From: a virus
Reading direction: 5' to 3' (one strand)
Length of the DNA stretch: 64,000 bases
Virus record (IMG/VR): IMGVR_UViG_3300027714_000004
Location: 64,001 to 128,000 of that record
The stretch's first letter is position 1; each line of letters opens with the position of its first letter. A program made the position numbers and the translations under genes. Positions 26,909 through 35,624 of the stretch are shown here, piece after piece. The notes below the pieces were generated by a model that worked only from the letters and a program-made list of their open reading frames with translations, did no database searches and was not told the origin of the DNA.

Positions 26909-27142
26909 ATGTCCATATCAAAAGAAGTACGTTATGCAATGATTCGACGAGCAGCACTGAAGATTCAAAAGCATAATAAGCACAGTAAGATTATTAAATC
27001 AAATAAACGTCTTGCTGATGAAGTAGTAAGTCTTGATCGACAGGACTATAAGTCGAACGTACGTTGGAGTGACGAAGAGAGATATGTTGATGCTCACTTC
27101 TCCGATGTACATAAAGCCACCCAAAATAAGGATTGGAATTAA
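26909..27142 (+). CDS. Hypothetical basic protein (start uncertain)
   Basis: ORF directly after TTGACA(26880)-17-TATAAT(26903); the true start may be a downstream ATG. Confidence 0.55.
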   Translation: MSISKEVRYAMIRRAALKIQKHNKHSKIIKSNKRLADEVVSLDRQDYKSNVRWSDEERYVDAHFSDVHKATQNKDWN

Positions 27143-27438
27143 TGTCTGAAGTACCAACAAACCTAATTGACCTAGGTCAATATCCGAAGAACGATGTAGA
27201 ACTGATCGCACGAGAGTTCCTACGTTGTGTCTACTTGGATACTCTAGATCTCTACGTCAAAGACTATTCAAGTCTAGGCGAAGATGATGAGTCGCGTAAG
27301 AATGTTATCGCTAGTCTGCAAGCTTTTGAATATACAATTTCCGTATTAGACGGTAATCAAGACTTCCTTGATGCTATCCATACAGAAGCAGAAGCTGCTG
27401 CAGCTAAACCAGAAGATGAAGAATTTGAACGTTTCTAA
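27142..27438 (+). CDS. Hypothetical acidic protein
   Basis: 98-aa coupled ORF. Confidence 0.7.
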   Translation: MSEVPTNLIDLGQYPKNDVELIAREFLRCVYLDTLDLYVKDYSSLGEDDESRKNVIASLQAFEYTISVLDGNQDFLDAIHTEAEAAAAKPEDEEFERF

Positions 27439-27448
27439 GGAGAAACAC

Positions 27449-27721
27449 ATGTATAGTTATGATAAAGTAATTGAACAATTGAAGACCAATGTACTTCAGG
27501 TTACCTTTGACAAGGTAAATGGAGAGCGAAGAATTATGCCATGTACCCTACAGATTGATTACATGACTGACCCTTCCAAAGAATTGTCCGAGTCTAAAGT
27601 AAGCCAAGTAGAGTCCAAGTCGGTGAATAAATCTGTCATCCGTGCATTCGCAATTGATAAGCAATCTTGGAGATCTTTCCGAGTTGACAATATCTCAGCG
27701 ATTGAGGTAATAAATGGATGA
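27449..27721 (+). CDS. WYL_2/Sm-like SH3 beta-barrel protein
   Basis: VTFDKVNGERRIMPCTL...D.QSWRSFRVDNI. Confidence 0.8.
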   Translation: MYSYDKVIEQLKTNVLQVTFDKVNGERRIMPCTLQIDYMTDPSKELSESKVSQVESKSVNKSVIRAFAIDKQSWRSFRVDNISAIEVING

Positions 27722-27953
27722 ATTAAAACTCGAAGATAAACTGATCACCAAGAAGTCCTTCTCTTCTATGACAGAGAGTTTCGTGTTCCGGAACAGAATG
27801 ACCTATATGGATACTATAGTACATCTATGTGAAAAGAATAACCTAGAGTTAGAAGATGTTAAAAAATACTTGTCTACCACAATTGTGGAACATCTAGAAA
27901 GTGAAGCACGTCAGTTGAATTTCCTGCCAAAACAGAATCAACTAGACGTATAA
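27714..27953 (+). CDS. gp33: Late transcription co-activator gp33
   Basis: YMDTIVHLCEKN.LE.E...LS..I...LE.EA..LNFLP; position upstream of gp32. Confidence 0.85.
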   Translation: MDELKLEDKLITKKSFSSMTESFVFRNRMTYMDTIVHLCEKNNLELEDVKKYLSTTIVEHLESEARQLNFLPKQNQLDV

Positions 27954-28032
27954 GTAGTACTGCCCTTATGGGTAATCTCATACATTGTTTATACATTGTT
28001 TATATTTAAGTTAATATTATTAAGGAAGTTTT

Positions 28033-28977
28033 ATGTCTTTTGCAAACCTCAAGTCCAAGTCTATGGACATCTCAAAGCTAGTCACCGCTGCAAACGTAGC
28101 AACCGGACAAGCAAGTAACACAAACAAATATCAAGACGATCGCAAGTGGAAGCCTACTGTTGATGAACAGGGTAATGGCTACGCAGTTATTCGTTTTCTT
28201 CCTGCTACTGAAGGTCAAGATCTTCCGTGGGTACGCTACTGGGATCACGCCTTTAAAGGTATTACCGGACAGTGGTACATCGAACGTTCATTGACTACAC
28301 TAGGTCAGAACGATCCATTAGGTGAGTTGAACTCTCGTCTATGGAACTCAGGTATCGAAGAAGACAAGGAAACTGCACGTAAGCAGAAGCGCCGTCTGCA
28401 CTACGTTACTAACATCCAAGTTATTAACGACCCCGCAAACCCTGCCAACAACGGTAAGGTAATGATCTACGAGTTCGGTAAGAAGATCTTTGATAAGATC
28501 ATGGATCAGATGCAACCAGAATTTCCTGGCGAGACTCCGGTCAATCCTTTCGACTTCTGGACAGGTGCTGATTTCGAACTGAAGATTCGTAAAGTTGCGG
28601 GTTACAGAAACTATGATAAGTCGGACTTCAAGTCGCCTTCTGCATTCCTAGGATCAGATGAGACTCAGTTGGAATCAGTGTATAACTCACTGTATGACTT
28701 AAACGAGTTCATTATCCCCAACTACCCGAACGCGTTTGACTCGAACTGGTTCAAGTCTTATGACGATCTCAAGTCTAAGTTGGAAACTGTACTAGGTCTT
28801 GCGACTGGTGCTGGGTCAACACTGAAGAACGAAGCATTAGCACAGACTGCTGAAGCTGCTCCGATTCGATCAGCAGTTGAACCTACTGTTGTCGCTGCTG
28901 CTCCTGCTGCGGTTGCTGCTGTCGCAGAAGAAGATGACACACTGTCTTACTTCGCGCAGATGGCTGCCGAAGATTAA
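28033..28977 (+). CDS. gp32: Single-stranded DNA-binding protein gp32
   Basis: DDRKWKP, GNGYAVIRFLP, FGKKIFDKI, NPFDFW, RNYDKS motifs; acidic tail. Confidence 0.96.
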   Translation: MSFANLKSKSMDISKLVTAANVATGQASNTNKYQDDRKWKPTVDEQGNGYAVIRFLPATEGQDLPWVRYWDHAFKGITGQWYIERSLTTLGQNDPLGELNSRLWNSGIEEDKETARKQKRRLHYVTNIQVINDPANPANNGKVMIYEFGKKIFDKIMDQMQPEFPGETPVNPFDFWTGADFELKIRKVAGYRNYDKSDFKSPSAFLGSDETQLESVYNSLYDLNEFIIPNYPNAFDSNWFKSYDDLKSKLETVLGLATGAGSTLKNEALAQTAEAAPIRSAVEPTVVAAAPAAVAAVAEEDDTLSYFAQMAAED

Positions 28978-29003
28978 TAATCCCAGTGTAGTGTGAAACC
29001 GGA

Positions 29004-29030
29004 AAGGGACTCGAAAGAGTCCCTTTTTTT
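29004..29030 (+). terminator. Intrinsic terminator (GAAA tetraloop) between convergent genes
   Basis: AAGGGACTC-GAAA-GAGTCCCTT-TTTT. Confidence 0.9.
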
Positions 29031-30531
29031 ATACTGATCTTCCTTGGTCGAAGGGATCCGCAGAATTATTCGAAGCTACGAGTACAGGGGCAGGAGCACT
29101 AGCAGCAGGTGCCGCAGATGTTCTAGAACTATTATCCATCATGACGATGTTAGCAGTCGCTTTAACTACATCGTTCTCCTTGACTGCACTATTTAACTGA
29201 TTTGATCCAGTTGGTTTGTTGGTTGCTCCCGCCGCAGAAATATCGTCCTTACCATTGAGAAGGTAATCCAACCCCTTTCCAGACTCACCCCCCGAACCGA
29301 TCAATATCGCTAAGTTCGCAAAGGAGAATACTTCCTTAGCTCTTTTAAATACTCTAGCCATCATTTCGGTCATATTGGTGAAGACTTCTTTCATAAACTC
29401 TACTGGCGAATCTATGAAGTTTGCAATACCTTCTTTAATAGACTCGTACGCTGCACCGAAACTGAATGAGTCTAAGAACGCCGAGAATTTCTTGAATCCG
29501 AGTTTTTCGGATACCCAAGAGATTGCGTCCTTAACCATATCCGCAAGGTCGACAACAAAGAATTTTAATAGGTCGTCTATGATATTTTTGAGCGTACCGA
29601 AACCAAATTCACCGGACATTAAATCACTAACAATATTCTTACCTACGATGAATGCAGCTGCTAGAGGGGCGAATATTTTTGATACTAGTTTAAAAACTGA
29701 CCCAAAGGTTTTCGCGAAAGAACCAAATTTAGTTCCTAGTTTCTGAAAGAACTCCATCACCTTTGCGATAGGGCCAGTAGTTTTACTTCCTCCTGCAAAG
29801 GAAAGGGTTTTCCCCAGAACTTCGAAGGGTTTCATGAATGACTTAAATCTCTCGCTCACCTTCGCTATAACTTGACCTAACTTACTTTCGGTGAACATGA
29901 CCTTTAACTTAGTTCCCCATCCAGATATCATTTTACCGACAAAGGTGAAACCCTCTCTTACTTTACCGAGTCCAGTCATGAATACTTGTGTTATCGCCTT
30001 TCCGATTTCGATAGGGAATTTTACGATCTTGGATATGAATTTAGGTGTCAGGAACTTGATAATCGCACCTAACGGTTTGAATAGTCCTGATATAGATCCT
30101 GCAAGAGTACCCATTGCAACTGCCGCAAGAGATGCGAACAGTCCTAATCTAGTTAGCATCTCCGATGGTTTGTCGTCTTTCTTCGGGTCGTCCTCTTCCT
30201 TCGAGGCACCTATATTTTGAATAGCTTCCAACAGGGAACTTTGCCAGATCTTAGTTTCGTTTCTACTTTCCAGATCATCTCCGGATGTATTAGATCCACC
30301 TTTAGATAGGTTTCTACGGATGTAACCAAGATGACCAAACATCTGACTCAGAAGATTCTCGCTACGACCCACGCGCATAACGACATTTTCCATGACACCT
30401 TTCAGTGCCTCAGAATTGCTGGTCTGTACCTTAGTCTGGTTTTCTTGCCCGTCAATAAGCACTTTACTTTGTACGGACTGTCCATCGCGGACAGATTCTA
30501 GTTTACCAGATACTTCTTTGAGAGTTGCCAT
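29029..30531 (-). CDS. Tail length tape measure / gp29-like protein
   Basis: Helical amphipathic repeats; position after gp26-gp51; DNSS..AP C-terminus. Confidence 0.65.
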   Translation of the reverse strand: MATLKEVSGKLESVRDGQSVQSKVLIDGQENQTKVQTSNSEALKGVMENVVMRVGRSENLLSQMFGHLGYIRRNLSKGGSNTSGDDLESRNETKIWQSSLLEAIQNIGASKEEDDPKKDDKPSEMLTRLGLFASLAAVAMGTLAGSISGLFKPLGAIIKFLTPKFISKIVKFPIEIGKAITQVFMTGLGKVREGFTFVGKMISGWGTKLKVMFTESKLGQVIAKVSERFKSFMKPFEVLGKTLSFAGGSKTTGPIAKVMEFFQKLGTKFGSFAKTFGSVFKLVSKIFAPLAAAFIVGKNIVSDLMSGEFGFGTLKNIIDDLLKFFVVDLADMVKDAISWVSEKLGFKKFSAFLDSFSFGAAYESIKEGIANFIDSPVEFMKEVFTNMTEMMARVFKRAKEVFSFANLAILIGSGGESGKGLDYLLNGKDDISAAGATNKPTGSNQLNSAVKENDVVKATANIVMMDNSSRTSAAPAASAPAPVLVASNNSADPFDQGRSV

Positions 30532-30534
30532 ATC

Positions 30535-30723
30535 TTACCCTTGTTGTTTTGCTCTTTCGTTTTTCTCTTTGATGTCTTCTATCAACATCGTCAAGTAAAT
30601 CTCTCTCTCCCACGGAATCATTGTTTCGACCTCTTCCAACGAGTAACTAAAATTATTAAGAAGCTGGAAGTTAACCTGATAGTAATTCATCAGGTTATCG
30701 TGAGAGAGATTAACTAAAAAAAA
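30535..30723 (-). CDS. gp51: Baseplate hub assembly protein gp51 (probably the C-terminal extension of gp26 via -1 frameshift)
   Basis: NYYQVNFQL..YSLEEVETMIPWEREIY motif; no RBS before its internal ATG. Confidence 0.8.
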   Translation of the reverse strand, partial: FFLVNLSHDNLMNYYQVNFQLLNNFSYSLEEVETMIPWEREIYLTMLIEDIKEKNERAKQQG

Positions 30724-31421
30724 TCGTCCATCCCCTTCAATGTTCTTTCGTTCTTGTGGGAGCAAGACGTACATTCAAATTCTATTGTTTGTGTTACTGA
30801 AGGTACCGAACTAATGAAGTTGGTGATCTTCTCGAACTGTTCTGAAGACATCGAATCTATGAATCCCATGACCTCTTCCTTGGACTCATCTTTCATAGAA
30901 ATTCTTTCTTCTTCGGTTAAGACTGAGTCGATACATGCTATGGAGAGCTGTAACATACTTTCCATTTCTGACTTTGAATCTAACAGGGTATCATTCGACA
31001 AGAAATCTTCGTATGATGGGTACTTCATCTTGATAGATATTTTATCGTTGAGTGCAATTACGCTATCTACAACTTCCCCTACTACTTCGACCTTGTCTAT
31101 ATCAACTTTGACTTCGTTCTCGGTTTCACATTCAGAGCATTTAGCATTTATATCTGCTGACTCACCGACAGATTTTGCACGTATCTTAGTGAATAGGTAA
31201 TCTACATCGAAAGTTGCCAAAGTTCCTTTAATAGGTTCTTCTATACAAGCTTCAATAGTATTCACCACAGAACGCAACATGTCCTTACGGTCTTGTGTTT
31301 CGTATGCGATCATCAGTGCTTTCTGTTCTTTAACTAGGAAGGGACGAAAGGTCGTCTGCTGTCCAGTTGATGGTACGGTAACAGTATAACTTGGGGTATC
31401 ATTCAGTTTTGGTAATGCCAT
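30714..31421 (-). CDS. gp26: Baseplate hub subunit/chaperone gp26
   Basis: MALPKL..P.Y, FRPFLVKEQK, IRAKSVGE, two CxxC; ends GMDDFF. Confidence 0.9.
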   Translation of the reverse strand: MALPKLNDTPSYTVTVPSTGQQTTFRPFLVKEQKALMIAYETQDRKDMLRSVVNTIEACIEEPIKGTLATFDVDYLFTKIRAKSVGESADINAKCSECETENEVKVDIDKVEVVGEVVDSVIALNDKISIKMKYPSYEDFLSNDTLLDSKSEMESMLQLSIACIDSVLTEEERISMKDESKEEVMGFIDSMSSEQFEKITNFISSVPSVTQTIEFECTSCSHKNERTLKGMDDFF

Positions 31422-31443
31422 GATTTATCCTATAATGTAATAA

Positions 31444-32064
31444 TTAAATATATTTTCCGAGATTGAGACTTATCTTGGGTTTTATCAGTTCTCTTTCATC
31501 CTTCACTACTTTCCATTTGGTGTAGGACAATTGTACCGAGAATTCTACTAGTTGGTCTGCTTCGTTAGACAAAGAGATCGCGTTCAATGATGTTGGGAAC
31601 GCATCTTCTAGTTCTACTGAGTATATAGAACTTCCTAATATATCGAAATCTATACTCAGTGGGCCGAGATCGAATCCGATCCTCATCTGAGGTTTGACAA
31701 GTTGATGTAAGGTGACCTTCTTCTGGTACTGATCCTTATATGCAATATTGCCTCTCTCTTCGTCAATCATCAACGATGTCCACTCGTCGAAGTACTTCTT
31801 CACGCCATAGTCGTTTAACATAATGAAGGTAAGGTTAACGTCCTCCATTAGAAACCCGTTAACGACCTTTTCATTGTACACTCCGACATTCCAATCAAGG
31901 GTTGTCAGTTGCTTGCCGGGCAGGTCAATAGACTTACATAGGACGTTAATGTCACGCCCACCCATGTCTTCTGTCAATGACGGTAAACCAATAGCAAACT
32001 GATTCGCCATGGCCATGCCATTTTTCTGTGCCAGTTTACTTTTTAAATCTTCTATCCCAGACAT
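31444..32064 (-). CDS. gp54: Baseplate tail-tube initiator gp54-like (tail tube fold)
   Basis: LCKSIDLPG, YFDEW and LEDAFPTSL motifs. Confidence 0.75.
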   Translation of the reverse strand: MSGIEDLKSKLAQKNGMAMANQFAIGLPSLTEDMGGRDINVLCKSIDLPGKQLTTLDWNVGVYNEKVVNGFLMEDVNLTFIMLNDYGVKKYFDEWTSLMIDEERGNIAYKDQYQKKVTLHQLVKPQMRIGFDLGPLSIDFDILGSSIYSVELEDAFPTSLNAISLSNEADQLVEFSVQLSYTKWKVVKDERELIKPKISLNLGKYI

Positions 32065-32067
32065 CGA

Positions 32068-32658
32068 TTAACCACCTATCATTTTCTTGGAGTCGCTGTA
32101 GACTTTCTTAGAGTTCGCCTTCTTGAACTGTGCGGTTGGTAAGAACGTAGCAATCTCCCACTCAGGTGCGGGTACCATTGCGAACTTACTTTGCACATGA
32201 TCAGTTAGGTAGTGCTTGAAACATGGTTTAAAATATTTCAACTTACTTGTTCTTGCCAACAACTCATATGACATCTTAAATCGAGTGGAGTTATTAAACT
32301 TATTGTTGTTAGTAATATCCATCAACGCATCCAACATCTTAGCACGTAGGATAGGTGGAAGGTAATGTAGGTTCAACCCATAGAACCCACCCTCGGCAGG
32401 CCCTACAACTATCACTAATGGAAACGTATCGTAGTACGGTAGTGTGTCCTTATGCTTGGGATCATAGAAGAACATGTACATACTACCAATAGTTTCTTGT
32501 GCAGTCTGTTGTAAAGGTTCTTCCTTCATCAGAGCATCTCTCTTGATACTACGAAGGTTCTTTATCTTATTCCGGAACCAATCACGCGATTCTTTGGTGC
32601 GAGGAGTGATACCTGCACGAAACGCTTGTAGTTCTAATCGTTGAAATATGTTAGACAT
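32068..32658 (-). CDS. gp2: DNA end protector protein gp2
   Basis: YDPKHKDTLPYYDTFPL, GLNLHYLPP and KHYL motifs; late promoter at 32686-32693 (minus). Confidence 0.93.
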   Translation of the reverse strand: MSNIFQRLELQAFRAGITPRTKESRDWFRNKIKNLRSIKRDALMKEEPLQQTAQETIGSMYMFFYDPKHKDTLPYYDTFPLVIVVGPAEGGFYGLNLHYLPPILRAKMLDALMDITNNNKFNNSTRFKMSYELLARTSKLKYFKPCFKHYLTDHVQSKFAMVPAPEWEIATFLPTAQFKKANSKKVYSDSKKMIGG

Positions 32659-32688
32659 GAATGATTCCGTTAAAATTCTTACTTCTAT

Positions 32689-33267
32689 TTATACAGAAAA
32701 CATCCATTGATTTGAATCAAGTGTGTAGTCTTTCGATACAAAGTTGACTAACTTACTGATATCGTCGTATGCTACATCTAATACTAGGAACTGTTTATTC
32801 CTAATAGGGTCACTGGTGAACCACTTTATGGCTGTTGATTGATGTTGAACTCTATATGTCATCCACTCCCACACTACTTCTCTGGGGGTGAGGGGTTTCC
32901 CTGCAACCATTACCTGCTGACACTTCTCCAGTAGAGGAGAACTCATCCTACTCGCTAACCAACTCGCTTCGGTAACATAGTTTAATATAAAGTATGCATC
33001 CGGATACGCCTCGTACAGTTGTCGGTAGTATTGGTTACCTTCGATGTAGTCGTCGTTTTCAAAATAAGTCATCTCGGTATAGACAACACTGTCACTGATG
33101 GTGAGTAGTGGATCGTTACCTGCTACGAGGTTACGTTTGATAGTCTTCGCAAGATTTCTTCTGCCCGAACTTACGCTTGCGACAGAGCAACCGCTGTCTC
33201 GCATAAGATCGCTTAATGGTTGGTTGGCTGAATGATCCATACCAATGAAGAATATTTTAGGGTTCAT
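32689..33267 (-). CDS. Sulfotransferase-family-like protein (degenerate P-loop)
   Basis: KIFFIG.., LYEAYPDAYFILN, WLASR patterns; canonical KTGTTSL replaced by HSANQPL. Confidence 0.6.
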   Translation of the reverse strand: MNPKIFFIGMDHSANQPLSDLMRDSGCSVASVSSGRRNLAKTIKRNLVAGNDPLLTISDSVVYTEMTYFENDDYIEGNQYYRQLYEAYPDAYFILNYVTEASWLASRMSSPLLEKCQQVMVAGKPLTPREVVWEWMTYRVQHQSTAIKWFTSDPIRNKQFLVLDVAYDDISKLVNFVSKDYTLDSNQWMFSV

Positions 33268-33776
33268 TTCTTTTTCTTTCTAAAAGGTGCTAGTTTCTTT
33301 AGGGGTTTCTTGGTACGCATCTTCTGGGTAGACTTGGGCATGATGCCCATAGCAGTCAGTTCCTTCTCAGTCCATATCTCGAAGTGGTACCCACGATCAT
33401 CTGCATACTTCTTAGCAGCCTTCCACTTGGATTGGTTCTTGATGTATGTCATACCTTCGTTCAGGATGGTTCGACGAGACTTACCTTGTTTACGTTCAGG
33501 TACCTTAGTCTCCTTGAAAGGTTTGACTTCAACTAGAACAACACGACCAGACTTGTACTTGATAACAAAGTCCATGAAGTATCGGTGTGGTCGGTTGTCT
33601 GTTTCGCAGATGTAAGGTAGCACGAGCTCCTCGGACATCCATTGTACTACGTCCAAACTGTCGTCACACCACTTCATTACGTAGCGTTCCCACCCCGAAC
33701 GGTAGACAACGTTGTCCGCATCCCCAGCATACTTCTCAGGGTTCTTTGGTTTGTATCTACCTTTATATGTTTTCAT
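33264..33776 (-). CDS. gp4: Head completion protein gp4 (TnsA-like nuclease fold)
   Basis: YKPKNPEKY, YRSGWE, HRYFMDF, EVKP and NQSKW motifs. Confidence 0.93.
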   Translation of the reverse strand: MKTYKGRYKPKNPEKYAGDADNVVYRSGWERYVMKWCDDSLDVVQWMSEELVLPYICETDNRPHRYFMDFVIKYKSGRVVLVEVKPFKETKVPERKQGKSRRTILNEGMTYIKNQSKWKAAKKYADDRGYHFEIWTEKELTAMGIMPKSTQKMRTKKPLKKLAPFRKKKK

Positions 33777-33789
33777 TCTGAATTATATG

Positions 33790-33814
33790 TATAAATAGTG
33801 TAACTATATTTATA
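33790..33814. promoter_or_regulatory. Overlapping divergent T4 late promoters
   Basis: TATAAATA on plus (33790-33797) and on minus (33807-33814). Confidence 0.85.
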
Positions 33815-33831
33815 AACATAGGTTTACCCTT

Positions 33832-34899
33832 ATGGCAGATCCAAAAGAACCAGAAGTAAAGAAAAGAGACCTTAAAGAGACGGAGTCTCTATATTACCCC
33901 TTTCATAAGAATGAGAGGTATGGTGCCTGTATCACATTCCATCCTAAAATTCTAATTGCACCAGAAGTCGATGGGACAATGGATGAGCAAGGCCTTCGTG
34001 AAATGATTGCCGATAAGAAGCGGAAAGACAAAAAGGCATTAGATGAACTCGAAGAGAAAGTGAAAAACGGGGAAGCGACTCAGGAACAACTTGATGAAGC
34101 TCGTATAGCGATGGAGAACAAGTACTCTTCTATTGCGAATGTCTCTAAAAGCAGTCTTCTTCAAAAAACCAAGACAGATTCTAATAAGAGAGTGAAGTTG
34201 TACCTACCTGTTGGGTTATCGACTACCGATGGTCTATCGTACACCAATGTTGATTTGGGTATGACTGGTGCCGCCGGTCTTGCGGCATTAGAAAGTGGTT
34301 CTGGATTGTCCGGAATGGTTGGTAGTGCTCTGAAAAATGGATTCCAGTCCGTTACTGATTTATTCGCAGGGAATATCGGTGGTAACGATTTAGGTAAGTT
34401 GGCTGCGGTTCGAGGTTCACAGAGTCTACTAGGTAAGGCAATGCCCGAAGAGTTGAGAAATGCGGTCACCCTTGCAGCTGGTGTTACGATCAACCCTAAC
34501 ACCCGTGCCATGTTCAAGGGAGTTGCTTTGAGGGAATTTCAATTCCAGTTCAAGTTCATCCCTAGATCAGCGGAAGAGGCGCGAGAGGTTGAAGCGATCA
34601 TCTATAGGTTTAGAGAGTTTGCATATCCCGAAAGTCTGGAACTGACTAGTGGTGTTAGTGCGGGTTACAAATACCCCAACATGTTTTCAATAAACCTAGA
34701 CTACTATAATGGAGAAAATCCAGAAGGTATTCCTATTGGTACCAAAATAAAAGATTGCTACTTGAAGTCTATCACTACGAACTACAACTCCTCTTCTCAG
34801 GCATACCACAAAGATGGTAAACCAGTAGAGTACGATTTGACTCTAAGTTTCACAGAAGATGTAGCACTCAACAAGAAAGATATTAAGGACGGTTACTAA
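33832..34899 (+). CDS. gp48: Baseplate tail-tube cap gp48
   Basis: LYLP, NPN...F.GV.LREFQF.FKFIPRSAEEA, CYLKSI..NY, LSFTE. Confidence 0.88.
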   Translation: MADPKEPEVKKRDLKETESLYYPFHKNERYGACITFHPKILIAPEVDGTMDEQGLREMIADKKRKDKKALDELEEKVKNGEATQEQLDEARIAMENKYSSIANVSKSSLLQKTKTDSNKRVKLYLPVGLSTTDGLSYTNVDLGMTGAAGLAALESGSGLSGMVGSALKNGFQSVTDLFAGNIGGNDLGKLAAVRGSQSLLGKAMPEELRNAVTLAAGVTINPNTRAMFKGVALREFQFQFKFIPRSAEEAREVEAIIYRFREFAYPESLELTSGVSAGYKYPNMFSINLDYYNGENPEGIPIGTKIKDCYLKSITTNYNSSSQAYHKDGKPVEYDLTLSFTEDVALNKKDIKDGY

Positions 34900-35624
34900 T
34901 GTCATATTTCAGATCCTTTCCCACAGTAGCGTACGTGTACGGTGATGGTAATAGTATATCCTTGACGGATAACCTTGCTGCCTATGCAGAGATCATCGAT
35001 ACCGTGAAAGACAATACGTCATTCTATCAAGATTATTATATCCAGATAGGGGAAAGACCCGACCACGCTGCGTACACGTTGTACAAAAACCCTCTACTAC
35101 ACTGGACATTCTTTTTGATGAATCCTAAGTTGAGGGAGAGAGGATGGCCTGAACTCCAACATAAAGTGTTGGAGAAGGTTAAGTTGGACTATCCTAATAT
35201 TGTACTGACTACTCGTGACGAGATATTTGCTACGTTCAAAGTAGGTCAAGAGGTGACGGGACAAACGTCATTGGCGACTGGTGTGGTGGTTAGTAAGAAT
35301 CTGGATCTAGGTCAAGTTGTTATCAAAACAATCCTAGGTACCTTCGATCCCACCGGAGAACAAGTGAACTCCGTTGTGGGTCTCGACATAGAGATACTCC
35401 ATACTGTTTCTGTTGGCCCTGAGTACCTGTCTGCGAAACACTATACCGTGGATGGTGAACAGGTTAGTATCAATCCTTATATCGGCCCTAGTATAACTGA
35501 TTATGAAGTTACTCACTATGAGCACTACATATCCGAAAACGATGAACTAAAGCAAATACGAGCTTTAAAACCATCTACTATAAGGTCTATATCAAGGGCG
35601 TTTGCTGACGCTTTGGAGTCATAA
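34899..35624 (+). CDS. gp53: Baseplate wedge protein gp53
   Basis: MSYFRSFP, GERPD..AY.LY..P.LHW; END..KQIR.LKP. Confidence 0.88.
   Translation: MSYFRSFPTVAYVYGDGNSISLTDNLAAYAEIIDTVKDNTSFYQDYYIQIGERPDHAAYTLYKNPLLHWTFFLMNPKLRERGWPELQHKVLEKVKLDYPNIVLTTRDEIFATFKVGQEVTGQTSLATGVVVSKNLDLGQVVIKTILGTFDPTGEQVNSVVGLDIEILHTVSVGPEYLSAKHYTVDGEQVSINPYIGPSITDYEVTHYEHYISENDELKQIRALKPSTIRSISRAFADALES

Noticed and set aside
26880-26911. Leaderless transcript for the ORF at 26909
   Set aside because: The ATG abuts the -10 hexamer directly, so transcription from this promoter would start downstream of it; the start assignment remains uncertain.
33264-33776. Tn7 TnsA transposase or mobile element
   Set aside because: Motifs and synteny next to gp2 and gp48 identify it as T4 gp4 head completion protein; no other transposon genes or ends.
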